DNA from: Octopus sinensis
Lineage: Eukaryota
Reading direction: 5' to 3'
DNA length: 64,000 nucleotides
Assembly (NCBI RefSeq): GCF_006345805.1
Contig: NC_043021.1
Span: forward strand, 4,216,001-4,280,000
The notes beneath the pieces were generated by a model. The model searched no databases and was not told the DNA's origin. It was given only the letters and a program-made list of their open reading frames with translations. Made by a program: the position numbers and the translations under genes. Of this stretch, positions 37,556 to 52,018 are shown in pieces; position 1 is the stretch's first letter, and every line of letters starts with the position of its first letter.

Positions 37556-37862
37556 GTTTAACGTCCGTTTTCCATGCTGGCATGGGTTGGACTGTTCGAC
37601 CAGGATCTGGGAAGCCAGAAGGCTGCACCAGGCTCCAGTCTGATCTGGCAGTGTTTCTACAGCTGGATGGCCTGCCTAATGCCAACCACTCCGAGAGTGT
37701 AGTGGGTGCTTTTTACGTGCCACCAGCACAGGTGCCAGGCGAGGCTGGCAACGGCCACGATCGGTTGGTGCTTTTTACGTGCCACCGGCACAGAAGCCAG
37801 TCAAGGCGGCACTGGCATCGACCACGTTCTGATGGTGCTTTTTACGTGCCACCGGCACAGGG
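37521..37862 (-). mobile_element. Family C SINE with 3 internal 'gtgctttttacgtgccacc(a/g)gcac' repeats
   Basis: Match to family C. Confidence 0.88.
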
Positions 37863-38012
37863 ATCACTGTGCATTATATTAATTATTCTAGCAGTAGAAC
37901 TTCATTAAAGACAACACAGTAAAAAAGATAGGAGGAGATGATCAAGAACTACACATAATGAGATCATATATCACAATGAATAAGTGGAAGTCCTGAAGCA
38001 GCGTCAACAGTT

Positions 38013-38350
38013 TAGGCATGACTGTGTGGTAGGAAGCTTGCTTCCCAACCACATGGTTCCCGGTATAGTCCCACATATATATATATGATACAAAGACAGA
38101 CCCACACACAGAGACAGACCAGTATGTGTGTGTGTGTCTATGTTTGTCTCTCACCACCACTTGGCAACCAGTGCTGGTGACTTTACCTCCCTGTAACTTA
38201 CCAGTTCAGCAAAAAAAAAAACAATAGAAAAAATACCAAGCTTATAAAAAAATTACAGGGGGATCAATTAACTCAACTAAAATATTCATCAAGGTGGTGC
38301 CCCAGCATGGCCACAGTCTAATGACTGAAACAAGCAAAAGAAGATAAAAG
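38013..38350 (+). mobile_element. Older, internally deleted family A SINE
   Basis: Head and tail match family A. Confidence 0.75.
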
Positions 38351-39046
38351 AAAAGACTTATTAAAAACAGAGAATGATTAATTCCCCTCAGGATTTCCAT
38401 TTTCTCTGCATTTCCAAATTCAATATAATACTCTCACACAAATTACAAATAATCCTAGATTATGTACACATTGAATATTTAAAGCCTGCAGAAACACAAT
38501 ATGAAAGGAAATGTATTCCCTGTTGTTTCAGGAGTTATACAGGTGTTAAGTTATTTAAAACTATCGGTGGCTTGTCCAAAAACAGTGGTAGTGATTTTAT
38601 AGACTTACAGCTCCCAGAGATCATTCTCATTCTCTCCTAAAAGCAGAGTAACCATGTAGTACTTCTACAAGAACTTGCTTGTCCCTCTCTTTTACATTTT
38701 ATCCATTCTTCTCCTTGCATAAAGCTGCCCAGCTCCCAAAACCAACCACTCAGGTTTTGAAGTTTTGCGAGCTGTATGGCAACATGAGAGATTCACTCGT
38801 GCAAGTGGCATGAAAAAAAAGCATCTAGTACATGCTGTAAAGTGGCAGGCGTTAGGAAGAGCATCCAACTGTAAAAACCACAGCAAATAGATAGTGGAGC
38901 ACAATGCAGTCCATGGGCCCATGAGATCCTGTTGAACTGTTCAACCCATGATAGAATGGAACACGAATGTTAAATGATGATGATTGGCAAACCCACAGAC
39001 TAAGTCAACCTCAGCATCATAACAATCATAAGTATTATTATTATTA

Positions 39047-39800
39047 AGATAGTGAGCTGGCAGAATCATTAGCATACTGGGTGAAATGCTTAGCGGTATT
39101 TCGTCTGAGTTCAAATTCAGCTGAGGTCAACTTTGCCTTTCAGAATCCTTTCAGGGTCGATAAATTAAGTACCAGTTATGCACTGGGGTCGATATAATCG
39201 ACTTAATCCGTTTGTCTATCCTTGTTTGTCCTCTCTGTGTTTAGCCCCTTGTGGGTAGTAAAGAAATAGGTATTTCGTCGGCCGCTACGTTCTGAGGTCA
39301 AATTCCGCCAAGGTCGACTTTGCCTTTCATCCTTTCGGGGTCGATTAAATAAGTACCAGTTACGCACTGGGGTCGATACAAACAACTTAATCTGTTTGTC
39401 TGTCCTTATTTGTCCTCTCTGTCTTTAGCCCCTTGTGGGTAGTAAAGAAATAGATATCTCATCTGTCTTTACTTTCCGATTTCAAATTCTGCCGAGGTTG
39501 ACCTAAGTCTTTCGTCCTTTCGGGGGTCAATAAAATAAGTACCAGTTGGGTCGATGATATTGACTAATCCCCTCCCCAAAATTTCAGGCCTCATGCCTTT
39601 AGTACAGTGGTTCCCAACCTTTTCACTATCAAGGACCCCTTTTATTTAAATGAGCTTTCTCACGGACTCCTTATACTTATCCTTATGTATATATGACATC
39701 TTGAATTTAGTTTACCGACCCCCAGTACTAACTTTGTGGACCACCAGGGGTCCACGGACCACAGAGGTCCACAGACCACATCTTTAGTAGAAAGACTTAT
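39047..39800 (+). mobile_element. Nested family B SINE cluster: two tail-C units inside a tail-A copy
   Basis: Three repeats of the Nin/Deu domain; junctions 'aagaaata|ggtatttcgtc' and 'aagaaata|gatatctcatc'. Confidence 0.85.
39605..39781. mobile_element. hAT-type MITE lacking its right TIR, with 8-bp TSD
   Basis: Left end 'cagtggttcccaacc'; ctttagta at 39597-39604 and 39782-39789. Confidence 0.7.
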
Positions 39801-40058
39801 TATCATTATTGTTGTTGTTGTTATTATTTGTTTGTTTTCTTTTTCCAATTAAAAGCAGTTTATTTTCTTTTTATTGACAAGCTGATTTTTCTTCAAAAAG
39901 AAATAAATTACAAAAATTATTCAAATTACCATAATTAATATACATATTCGTGTGTGTGTGTGTGTGTGTACTGATGTAGATATATGATTATCAATAAGTA
40001 ATTGTTTGAAACAAGTCCTTTAATAGAAAATGTATCTCCTCAAAGCAATCTATCTATC

Positions 40059-40144
<86 letters not shown>

Positions 40145-40420
40145 CAATTAATAATAGATCAATTTATTTATTGATGCATTTCTTTTATTGTTTTCTGTTA
40201 TATAGTCTTTCAGAAATATATCTTTGTTTAAATACGAAGATGAAGCTTTATAAATAATTATACATAATTATGTTTATTGATATGGTTATGAAGGTAATCC
40301 ATAATGAAAAGATTAATAACGATAAAAACCGAGTGAGAAAAGAATAAATAAATAAATAAATAAACAGTATCAAATACACAAAGCCTTGCAATCAATCTAC
40401 TGAAAAAGTGTTAATCTTAT

Positions 40421-40802
<382 letters not shown>

Positions 40803-41419
40803 AATTTTTTCTTGCAGAGCAGCAGTTTCGGGTTTTTTTATCTTATTATTTTCATGCTTTCAATAAACGGTTTTATTTTTAGTTCCATTAAAATATCAGG
40901 ATGGAATGAGATTTGAAGTAGGTGGTAGGTGCCTGATTGTTTGTCGACCGAGATGTAACCTAGGAATCGATAAATTTGTTTCAATAATAGCAATAGATCG
41001 GAAAGGAAACGTTAAATTACAATGGTAAATATGGCAGCAGATTTCTGTAATACTGAATGACAATAATGGTAATGTTTCTTTTTCCTTGACCATAAAGCAA
41101 AGTAGAAATGGTTAAAAATTCAATTGTATTACTGACCTCATCTTTTATGTTGCCATCTACGCTATAATTGTAGTTCTCTGACCATTCTCAGAAGCCATAA
41201 ATATAAATATGCATATTCATAAGTGGATTTTTATTGCAATTACAGGATCATGGCTCAGAGGATAATTTACAGATAATACTGCAACCTACATTAAAAGTCT
41301 GAGAGTTCAATTCCAATCCAAAGAAATGTGTATGAAAATGTGCCGTTCTTTAAGTTTCTCTTGTACAGTTAGCCTGTACACCAGGCAACAAGATGTCTTC
41401 ATTAATCCTTCAACAATAT

Positions 41420-41821
41420 AGGTGCCGGAGTGGCTGTGTGGTAAGTAGCTTGTTTACCAACCACATGGTTCCGGGTTCAGTCCCACTGCATGGCACCTTG
41501 GGCAAGTGTCTTCTACTACAGCCTCGGGCCGACCAAAGCCTTGTGAGTGGGTTTGGTAGACGGAAACTGAAAGAAGCCCGTCGTATATATATGTATAGAT
41601 ATATATATGCGTGTGTGTGTTTGTGTCTGTGTTTGTCCCCCTAGCATTGCTTGACAACCGATGCTGGTGTGTTCATGTCCCCGTTACTTAGCGGATCGGC
41701 AAAAGAGACTGATAGAATAAGTACTGGGCTTATAAAAGAATAAGTCCCGGGGTCGAGTTGCTCGATTAAAAGGCGGTGCTCCAGCATGGCCGCAGTCAAA
41801 TGACTGAAACAAGTAAAAGAG
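41420..41821 (+). mobile_element. SINE family A
   Basis: Full-length match. Confidence 0.92.
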
Positions 41822-44162
41822 ATTTAAACCGGGCTATATCTGGCCCAAATGTTCTTCCTGCTTTATATTCAAAGTAACCAGATCTGGCCTCTTACATCTA
41901 TCCTAACATGCCATTCCTAAAATAAAGAGTCTCATCATTGAAATCTCAAAGCTACAAGACAATGCACGAGTAGTTCAAAATAAGGTAAATATACAAGCAT
42001 TATATTTAACAGAGTAACCTGAATGCTGAAGGGTAAATCGTCTTCCCAGGTGATGCTAAGTTGCTTCATATCTTCTTTGAAGATGACACACCATGTCATC
42101 TTAGTTCTCCCACTCTTTTTCCAACCCTCTGCTAGTACCTAAAGTGGTAGCTGTCTTGGGTATTCAATCCAGCAATTAGAAAACAAACATGACCTGCAAA
42201 TCTCTCTCTTTTTTCCACCAAAATCTCCTGCAGGCTCCACAGAAAGGCTCTTAAGACTTCAGAGTTTGTGATTCTGTCTACATAGATTAAATTGAGTTAG
42301 TCTATGTAGACACAATGGGAGAATGCATTCAGCCTCTGAGTGATGTTGGCAGTTATTTTCCAAATTTCTCCTGCGTAGAGTGCTGGTGCAGCAGGATCTT
42401 CAAGCAGTTGCCAGTCTGGATAAAATGCCTCAGACAACATATTTAACCACTAAAAAATTAAGTGCCACTGTTTTCATCATCTTTGTTTACTTAACTGATG
42501 TTAAAACCTCAATTTTTTCTCTATCAATGATCTCTAAGGAAACTATATATAAAAAAAAAAATAAATGAATGTTAGTTTTGTTTTGAAATTACAGTTTTTC
42601 TCAGCCAGTTATCTGTAAAATTAAATAAGCTATACATCTTTAATTAAATCTCATACACTAGTTGAGTTAAAGATTATTACAAGACAAAAAGTGAAATCAG
42701 TACTCAAAAATCAAAATGAATTAACAACTTATCTTTTAACTCTAGGTAGATCAGCTGTGATACACAAGGTAATGTAGGTGATTAGCTCCAGCATTGAAAT
42801 TTGGAACACCACACAAATTCTGAACAACTTCAACAAACTAAAAGAATATTTAACCACAACCATGGGCAGTCCTTGCACTTGTCAGAAAGAAGGTAAAGCC
42901 TACAGGTCAGCAATGCTAGACTCAAAAATCTAAACGAGATCCCAACTTACCACACAGCCACCCCTGCACCTATAGCCATTCCTGCACCTATTCTTTAACA
43001 CGCTTTTCAGGCTTTTCTCAGTTTCTGTCTACCAAATCCACTCACAAAGCTTTGGTGGGCATGAGGTTATATTAGAAAACTAAACCTAGGACCAAGTGAT
43101 TGCAACATAAATATCTTACCACACAGCCATGCCTGTATATGTATTTATGCATCTGTATATCTATATATCTGTATATATTGTGTTGATATATATTAAAAGA
43201 CGTGAATATCAGTACTTTTGAAATAAAGATAACCTGTGCAGTATTTGTTCTGTCCAGTTAGACAAATTTCATATCCCTCATACTATCAGAAATACAGTGA
43301 GTCAGTGATCGGTTCACTGCAAACCAATAACCAACAATGCTACTGTTCACCAATTACAAAATCCCTGACTCTGCTCATTAACCATAAAAACCCTTAACAT
43401 AACTAAGTTTCTAAATGTCAGAAATTACACATCATTGCAGAAGCTGACATTTCTCTTTTTAGCCATCAAACGACAATGTTGGGAACCGTTATAATGGTAA
43501 GGCGGCAGTTGCTGTTGCTGCTTTTGCTACTGAATTCAATCATGAATATGTATATTGGTTCAATATTTACATGGCAAATGAGGTGGAGATAATACCACAA
43601 GGAAAAAAAAATCAATTACAATATCTTTAAAATTTCTTTCTTCTTCTCGTGTTGTTGTTTTAAATCAATGAATAAGATGATAATTTAAATGTGTAATTTA
43701 GAATAAAACTAACTGATTGGAACTTGTAAAATGGAACAAAATAATTCTGTTCAAAAGGCAGCTTGTTTTTGGTAATCATTGCAAAACACAAGCAAATTAA
43801 TGAATTCTAGCCCTAATTCTCGATTCTTCATCTTGCATTTGATGCTGGAAGACAGCTAAATACAGCTATGCGATTCCGTTCATTCTTCTTTTCAAATAAA
43901 CCAAAGGTAAAATGATCACACAGAAACATAATATGGTTTTATTTAAAGAAATCAATATGAAGTTAGTATGCTGTTCAAAAGGATTATTTTGCATCATTTT
44001 CCTTGCCTTTAATTTGAATTTTCTCTCTCTATCTCTCTTTTCAAAGAAGTTTTTTGTTTTCCAAAAATTTATTGAACTGAGTACCTTCAGCTACTTGAAA
44101 GTCTCCCCACAGAATTAATTGATTACCTCTATTACCCTGTTGCTGGAGATACTCATCCAACT

Positions 44163-44252
44163 TACGATGGGGTGCTGAAAAATTCCTGGATTTGGGTAAA
44201 AATAAAAATACAGGGGGATCAGTTACTTATGATTTTATTCAACTTTCTCCCC
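44163..44252. mobile_element. Tc1/mariner-like MITE end
   Basis: 'ta|cgatggggtgctgaaaaattcctgg' mariner-type TIR; other end not seen. Confidence 0.45.
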
Positions 44253-44254
44253 TC

Positions 44255-44977
44255 TACTCCATTGATCACCTTGTCCCAATTCTTTTCCACCAGGAGATCT
44301 GGTCTGAACCAAACCCCAAGCAACTTGCCCAGTCCATCTAGCCAGCACCCCACTGACTTTTGTTTTGCTCCTGTCAACTTTTCATCCGACTCGTGGTCGA
44401 TGCCAGTGCCGCCTCGACTGGCTTCCGTGCCGGTGGCACGTAAAATACACCAATCCGACCCTGGCCGTTTGCCAGCCTCGCCTGGCACCTGTGCAGGTGG
44501 CACGTAAAAAGCACCCACTACACTCACGGAGTGGTTGGCGTTAGGAAGGGCATCTAACTGTAGAAACATTGCCAGATAAGACTGGAGCCTGGTGCAGCCT
44601 TCTGGCTTCCCAGATCCCCGGTCGAACCGTCCAACCCATGCTAGCATGGAGAACGGACGTTAAACGATGATGATGATGATGATGATGTACTGACCACCTC
44701 GGTTTCTGAGGTGTTCGACACCATCGCAGTGAAGTCGTCCACATAAACTGACACAGCCCTTCTGTGTCCTGGTTCAAGCGGGATGCCCTGCAGCAGCTCC
44801 AGCTTCCACAGTAAAGGCTCAAGAGTCAATACGCACAGAAGGGAGGAGAGAGAGGGCACCTGACTGACTGGGAGATCTGAAACAGTTCTGAGAGGTGGCC
44901 ATTAACTTTGACCACTGAGCAGGATGCTGCTGTGCATTGCAGTGATCCAAGCTCTGAAGATGGGACCGAAGGCAGCT
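44255..44977 (-). pseudogene. Tx1/L1-like LINE RT fragment interrupted by a SINE
   Basis: AFGPIFRAWI..VKVNGHL..LLCVLTLEPLL..VSVYVDDFT, then the SINE, then EKLTGAK..KLLGVWFRPDLLVEKNW. Confidence 0.85.
44386..44686 (+). mobile_element. Family C SINE nested in the LINE fragment
   Basis: Match to family C; (GAT)n tail. Confidence 0.88.
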
Positions 44978-45290
<313 letters not shown>

Positions 45291-45365
45291 GAGAATAGTA
45301 ATAAAAATAAAACATTTTTCTCTGTATTGTCTACGCACATAGGCATTCATTTCAATAATTTACAC

Positions 45366-45432
<67 letters not shown>

Positions 45433-45809
45433 ATATATATATATCTCACACACATACATCACAGCATTGATGTGTTTATGGTATGAAAAGAAATATAGAA
45501 TTTCAGAGCTATAATTAATAGAAGTCTATTTTTAATAATTTGAATAAATTTGCTTGCTGTTATTTTTGGCAGCCAAGCCAAGCTATCATTAAAATTACTT
45601 CAAAGAAGAACCTCATTTAAAACTTCTATTGAAAAAAAAATGGAATTTAGCTGTAAATTTTTGGTTATTATAAGTGAATTGATAACTATACGAACAGAAA
45701 CGGAACTATACAAGCTTCTTCCGTTGACATAAGAAATGTCAAGAACAAGACAGAGCTTTTCTCATTCTAAAATGTCCTTCCATCGTAGATTTATGCAAGA
45801 CTATTTTTA

Positions 45810-46231
45810 CCTTTCATCTACTGCTTCAGTCGTTAGACTCTGACCATGCTGGGGCACCATCTCGAAGAATTTTGGTCAAATGAATTGCCCTCGGTATTTT
45901 CTTTTTTAAGATTGGTACTTATTCTATCAGTCTCCTTTGCTAGACCACAAGGTTATGAGGATGTAAACAAACCAACACCAGTTGTCAAGTGGTGGTGGTG
46001 GTGGAGCACAAACACAGGCACAAATACACACACACACACATTATATATATATACACACACACACAATGAGCTTCTTTCAGTTTCCATCAATGAAATCCAC
46101 TCACAAGGCTTTGGTTGGTCCAAAGCTATAGTAGAAGAAAACTTACCAAAGGTGCCATGCAGTGGGACTGAACCCGAAACCATGGCTGGGAAGCAAGCTT
46201 CTTACCACACAGCCACACCTGTACCTATACA

Positions 46232-46269
<38 letters not shown>

Positions 46270-46420
46270 CAATAGACTTCTTTTAGCTTTTAGCTCAAAT
46301 CCACTCACAAGGTCAGGGGATACAGTAGAAGACACTTGCCCAAGGTGCCAAGTAGTGGGAATGAACCTGGAACCATGTGGTTGGAAAGCAAACTTCTTAC
46401 CACACAGCCAGGTTTGTGAA
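45810..46420 (-). mobile_element. Older family A SINE plus a second 5' fragment
   Basis: Match to family A. Confidence 0.8.
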
Positions 46421-47048
46421 TAGGGAAAACAGATTTGATATGCACATCTTCAGTTCACACTTAATCCCCAGTTTTATTACTTGCCAAATCCTCTCATGGA
46501 TTTAACAGTGGCAGGATATATCATGCAGGCTTTTAATTCACTGATGAAGCAGCTGGATACAAGAAATACGTCGAATGGGGACAGTGTCTCAGGGACACAA
46601 AGATTGATTCTTAAGATTGCAAGTCTGACAGAGTTCAGACTTGATTGAAAAGAGACAAGAACAAAAGAATAAATTAAAAAAATAAAAAGTAAAAATCATA
46701 AAAGTTGTTACTAATATGATAAGCAAACTAGGAGATAAGATGGAGATAATTTTATATCCCAAAAATTCTGATAAATATTCACCTCATGAGGTATGACTAA
46801 TCTGGCTTAACCAGCAAAGCTAGATAAATTGAAATGGATATGACTCCCACTACTATTACTACTGCTACTACCAACACTACTATAGATGCTGACTTGAGAA
46901 ACAGATTCAAGCTGGGATTAAACCTGCCTCTTTTGCTAGATCTTATTGATTAGGTTATGCTGACATTCCAGACTGAATATATCCAAAAGTTATTTAGTAT
47001 TTAAAAAAAAACTGTTCTTAAATATAGAAGCAAGATTGGAGGAGCCCC

Positions 47049-47078
<30 letters not shown>

Positions 47079-47079
<1 letters not shown>

Positions 47080-47353
47080 CAGTACCAGACAGTGGCTCTT
47101 ATGGCTTCTGATCTTAACTGATTGGAAGTGTTATCATGTACATTGTTTTGTATTGGTATAAAAGATGGGCTACAGCAAATATTCTGCTCAATACCACAGA
47201 TTTGCTTGTCAGTTGTTTGACCGTAACCAGTTGAGCATGTCCCTTAGTGGCTGACGATATGTGCATCTCTGATCACGAGCAGAAGTAGTGGGGGAGCATC
47301 ATGGCCATGTGTTGAGAGGGATTCTTTGGGGTTTGAATAATTCACCTCTGGAA
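47079..47353. repeat. Unclassified dispersed repeat abutting (AAT)n
   Basis: Second copy at 35-135. Confidence 0.75.
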
Positions 47354-50151
47354 ATTATTCTTTTTGAATAATTTACAACAGAGAAGGCCTATCTCAAAAC
47401 GCTGAACCTTATCAAGATGACAGAGGACTGAGGTGTGTGGTGCACTGAGATCCTAAAACTAAGGTGCCATATAAAAGGTGGCAGCAATGAAAAAGCATTG
47501 GTGTGATTGCTGGTGCCATGTAAAAAGCACTGGTGCAGGGTGGCACATAAAAAGCACCCTGTGAAGTGGTTGGTGTTAGGAAGGGCAACCAGCCATAGAA
47601 ATCAAGCCAAAACAGACTATGGAACCTGATGAGGCCCTGGCCTTGCCAGTTCCTATCAAGCCATCTGACCCATGCCATGTTGATGATGATGGAACTTTGA
47701 GGAATGAGTTGGATATCCTCCAAATGACTGACAGATTGGTAACAGTCAGTACATGACTCAAAGTCATGTTTCATATAAAGACTGGGAAAGAGGCAGATGA
47801 TATGGAATAGTGAGAAATAGGACAGGTGTGCATAATAATTAGTTTCCGTGTGAAAAGTGTGAACGGAAGCACATTACTGAAGATATTCTTGCAGTTATGA
47901 TCAAAGAGGCTGAATGAAAATATTATACAATAGGAACAAGTATGACCATGTAAGATGTTTGGTTTACAACCATGCAGTTGCAAGTTTCAATGTTCTTGTA
48001 AGTCACCTTTGGTAGGTGTATTGTACCTCAAGTGAAACAATACCTGTGTAGGGGAAGGAGTGGCTAGACAAAAAAAAAGTAAAAACTGTGCAAAAGCCTC
48101 TCTCTCCCTCTATCTCTGTGTCTCTGACTTACACAAGCATTGTTAAGTGATTAGCAAGTTTACTTCCCGGCCATGTGGTTTTGAGGTTCAGTTCTCACTA
48201 CATGGCACCTTAAGCGGATATCTTCCACCAAGGGCAGCAATGAGAAAAGGAGAAAAGGGAACTGGAGGAAAAAGGTAGAGAGAAAGGAAGAAATCGAGGA
48301 ATCAGAAAACGTAGAGCAAGGAGAGGATGAGGAGGGTGGGGAGGAAGTAGAGGAAGGGAAGTAAAAAGGAATAAGAAGGGAAGAAAAGGAAGAAGAAAAT
48401 GAGAAGTGGAAGAGGGAGAAGTGGAAGGGAGGAAGATGAGAAGAAAAGAAGAGGAGGAAGAACATGAAGATGAGGAAGAGAAAGAGGCAGAAGAGGAAGA
48501 GGGTTGAAGAGGTAGCAGAGAAGGAAGAGAAGTTAACAAATGTGAGAACATTTACTTCACATATGAAAAACCACATGATGAAAAGATATCAAAGAGTCTC
48601 TTTCAGAAATAACTTCTGATAGACTTAAACGTACTTAGATATATTTGAAAGACAACAACAAAAAAAAAACATGCTAAAGAGATACAAAAAAAAAAAAAAA
48701 CACGAGACAAAATAAAACCATAAGCAAGGAATATAGGACAGACATGTTATTGGTGGTGTTAATATTTCTTTAGATCTTTCTAATCTTTATATCTTTGCCA
48801 AAACAAATGATGAATGAAATGAATTTTATTTTATTTTCAGTTGAAAGTTGTCTTAATAAAATGTCACATTCTGTTCGGTTGTTATCCAAAAGAAGAGGAA
48901 ACGCAACATTTTCATCAAGAAAGCAGAAGACAATGGAACAAGGAAATTTTTTTTATTTTTCTTTAGATTATTATGATCGCATGAAAGAATATCAACTAAT
49001 AAATAACTAGGCGGCACTAACATTTTGCAGTTTTAGTTCAATATATAGATATCATTATTTTCTTTTTATTTTATTTATTTATTTATTTATTTTTTTGGTG
49101 CTTTCTTAAGTCTGAAAAGAAACCAAAATATCTGAAATTTTATTGAAAAGGACAGTTTGAAATTTTAGAATTTCAGTTCAAAAGTTTGAAAGTTCAATTC
49201 CAGCCACTGGCATCATATCATTACATTAAACTAAGGAACCGTATTCTTATTCATTGCATTGAATTAACCAAAAACAGAAAAAAAGAAGCTTCAACCGTCT
49301 GTTACTCAGTTTAATATTGCCAACTTAGCCTTTAAAATTCTACTCGGTTGTTGCATGTACTCAGGTCAAGTCACCTGTCTAAAGGTAACTAGATATCCTA
49401 AAGCACTGCTTCTTACCATGTGGAGCTCACAAGTTATGTGTGTGTGTCTGTGTGTGTGCACAATACATGTTCCATACTCTCCTCTATTAGTCTTAGGCAC
49501 TCTAAAATGGACACAATTACAGCCCGGCATACTTTGATGATTATGCTGCAAAAAGTTCTTTTTTAAATTTTAAGGCCACTCTTTCCAGCTCTATTCATTA
49601 TCCCCACTCTAATATAATGTGAGCAGCCATGTATCTTCTCTACAGCAAGAAACCTGTTTCAACCCCTTCAGACTCTTAATTTTTCATCAGCAAGCATGAA
49701 GTAACCACCCTCTCCATTGTATCCCATTCAGCTGAAGGGATTTTAGTCTTGTGAGTTACATGGCTGCCTCACTAGTGCTGGTGCCATGAAAAAAAAAAAA
49801 AAATAGCATGCAGTACACTCTGTAAGTGGTTGACATTAAGAATGGCTCCAACCATAGAAACTATGCCAAAGCAGATGTTGGAGTACAACAGTCATCTGAC
49901 CCCCTGGAGATGTCAATTCACTGAACTGATCCCAACATGGAAGATAGATGTTAGAATAAAAAAAAAGGACCTTTTTATATATTTTCTGCATGAACTCTTT
50001 TGACACTAGCCGATCTGAACTTATATCTCTGATTCTGTGACCCAAAAGTATATATTCTAAATGATTGTGTCTTAATTAAAAACACCCAGCACAACCTGAT
50101 GTAAGAATATTTTCTTAAAATACATTTCAAATGTCAGTTTAATAACGAATG

Positions 50152-50536
50152 TGGAGGCGCAATGGCCCAGTGGTTAGGGCAGCGGACTTGTGGTCATAGG
50201 ATCGCGGTTTCGATTCCCAGACCGGGCTTTGTGAGTGTTTATTGAGCGAAAACACCTAAAAGCTCCACGAGGCTCTGGCAGGGGATGGTGGTGATCCCTG
50301 CTGTACTCTTTCACCACAACTTTCTCTCACTCTTACTTCCTGTTTCTGTTGTACCTGTATTTCAAAGGGCCGGCCTTGTCACTCTCTGTGTCACGCTGAA
50401 TATCCCTGAGAATTACGTTAAGGGTACACGTGTCTGTGGAGTGCTCAGCCACTTACACGTTAATTTCACAAGCAGGCTGTTCTGTTGATTCGGATCAACC
50501 AGAACCCTTGTCGTCGTAACCGACGGAGTGCTTCCA
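50152..50536 (+). mobile_element. Full-length tRNA-derived SINE (OR1-like) with 12-bp TSD
   Basis: A box tggcccagtggtt, B box ggtttcgattccc; TSD taataacgaatg at 50140-50151 and 50537-50548. Confidence 0.88.
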
Positions 50537-50947
50537 TAATAACGAATGAAAGAGTTCGTTATTTTACTAAATTGCTCCATATTCTTGATTCTTTTCAAAA
50601 CGAATTGAAACAAATAGGAAATGTATTTTACAGAAATAATTAGTGAAAGGAATTCATTATATTTTCAGAAAATGTCTTCATGAAAGAGAAGGAAATTCAA
50701 CATTTTCCTTGAGAATCAGAAGACAATGGAGAAGGAAATTTTTTAGTTTTCTTTCTTTTGCATGAAAGAATAGAAACAAATAATAACCGGTCGGCAATAA
50801 CAATTTACAGTTTTAGTTCAATATCTTTTGGTTTATATTAACCCTTAAGTGTGACATTAAATTTCAAAACACACTTGTGCCAGTGCTTCATAGATGCACC
50901 CATGCCAGTGGCATGTAAAAGGGACCCAGCACATTTTGTAGTTGGTA

Positions 50948-51414
50948 AGGCGGTGAGCTGGCAGAATCGTTAGCGCGCTGAACCAAATGCTTAGGGGTAT
51001 TTCATCTGTGGCTACATTCTGAGTTCAAATACCGCCGAGGTCAACTTTGCCTTTCATCCTTTCGGGGTCGATTAAATAAGTACCAGTTACGCACTGGGGT
51101 CGATGTAATCGACTCAATCTGTTTGTCTGTCCTTGTTTGTCCTCTCTGTGTTTAGCCCCTTGTGGGGAGTAAAGAAATAGGTATTAGGCGAGCTGGCAGA
51201 AACGTTAGCACGCCGGGCGAAATGCTTAGCGGTATTTCATCTGCGGCTACGTTCTGAGTTCAAATTCCGCCGTGGTCGACTTTGCTTTTCATCCTTTCGG
51301 GGTCGATTAAATAAGTACCAGTTACGCACTGGGGTCAATATAATCGACTCAATCCGTTTGTCTGTCCTTGTTTGTGCCCTCTGTGTTTAGCCCCTTGTGG
51401 GTAGTAAAGAAATA
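50948..51414 (+). mobile_element. Two tandem full-length family B tail-C SINEs inserted in a family C SINE
   Basis: Heads 'gagctggcagaa.cgttagc', tails 'tagccccttgtggg.agtaaagaaata'; host SINE halves at 50890-50947 and 51415-51570. Confidence 0.88.
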
Positions 51415-52018
51415 GTTATTAGGAAGGTATATAAAGTGGTTGGTATTAGGAAGGGTATGCAGCCATAGAAACCATGCCAAAACAGACAACTGGAGTCTGG
51501 ACCAACTCCTGTCAAACCGTCCAACCCATGCCAGCATGGAAAGCAGCCGGTAAACAATGATGATGATGGTTATTCCAGTAATTATATTAAATATCAACCA
51601 AAAAAAAGTAGAATAGGTATTCAATAAACTTGACATGTTCCAACAGAAAATAGTTTCAAATATGAAATTCCTGAACAAAAGATAGATTGGTGTATAAAAC
51701 TGATTTCTTCAGTTAAGAGTAATGAAATTTCAAGAGGATACATCTGATTTATGCAGTGAAAAGGTTTCAAAGAAATATATTTGCTCAAATGTAATAACAA
51801 AATGGTTATTCTATAACATTATTATCTCTTAAATCAAAAATCCTTAAAAAGTGCTCATCATCATCATCACCGTCATTTAATGTCCATTGTCCATGATAGC
51901 ATTTGGTTTGACCAGAGCTGAAAAGCTGGGGAGCTGCACCAGACTCCAGTCTGATTTGGCATGGCTTCTACGGTTGGATGCCCTTCCTCATGCCAACCAA
52001 TTTACAGAATGTGCTGGA

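Noticed and set aside
42746-42768. 23-nt plus-strand microexon candidate
   Set aside because: Signals are modest and the length is not a multiple of 3.
46536-46576. Hammerhead-like CTGATGA...GAAATACGTC
   Set aside because: Stem II cannot form and stem I is out of register; at most a decayed relic, so not counted.
50152-50225. tRNA-like sequence
   Set aside because: It is the head of a TSD-flanked SINE, not a stand-alone tRNA gene.
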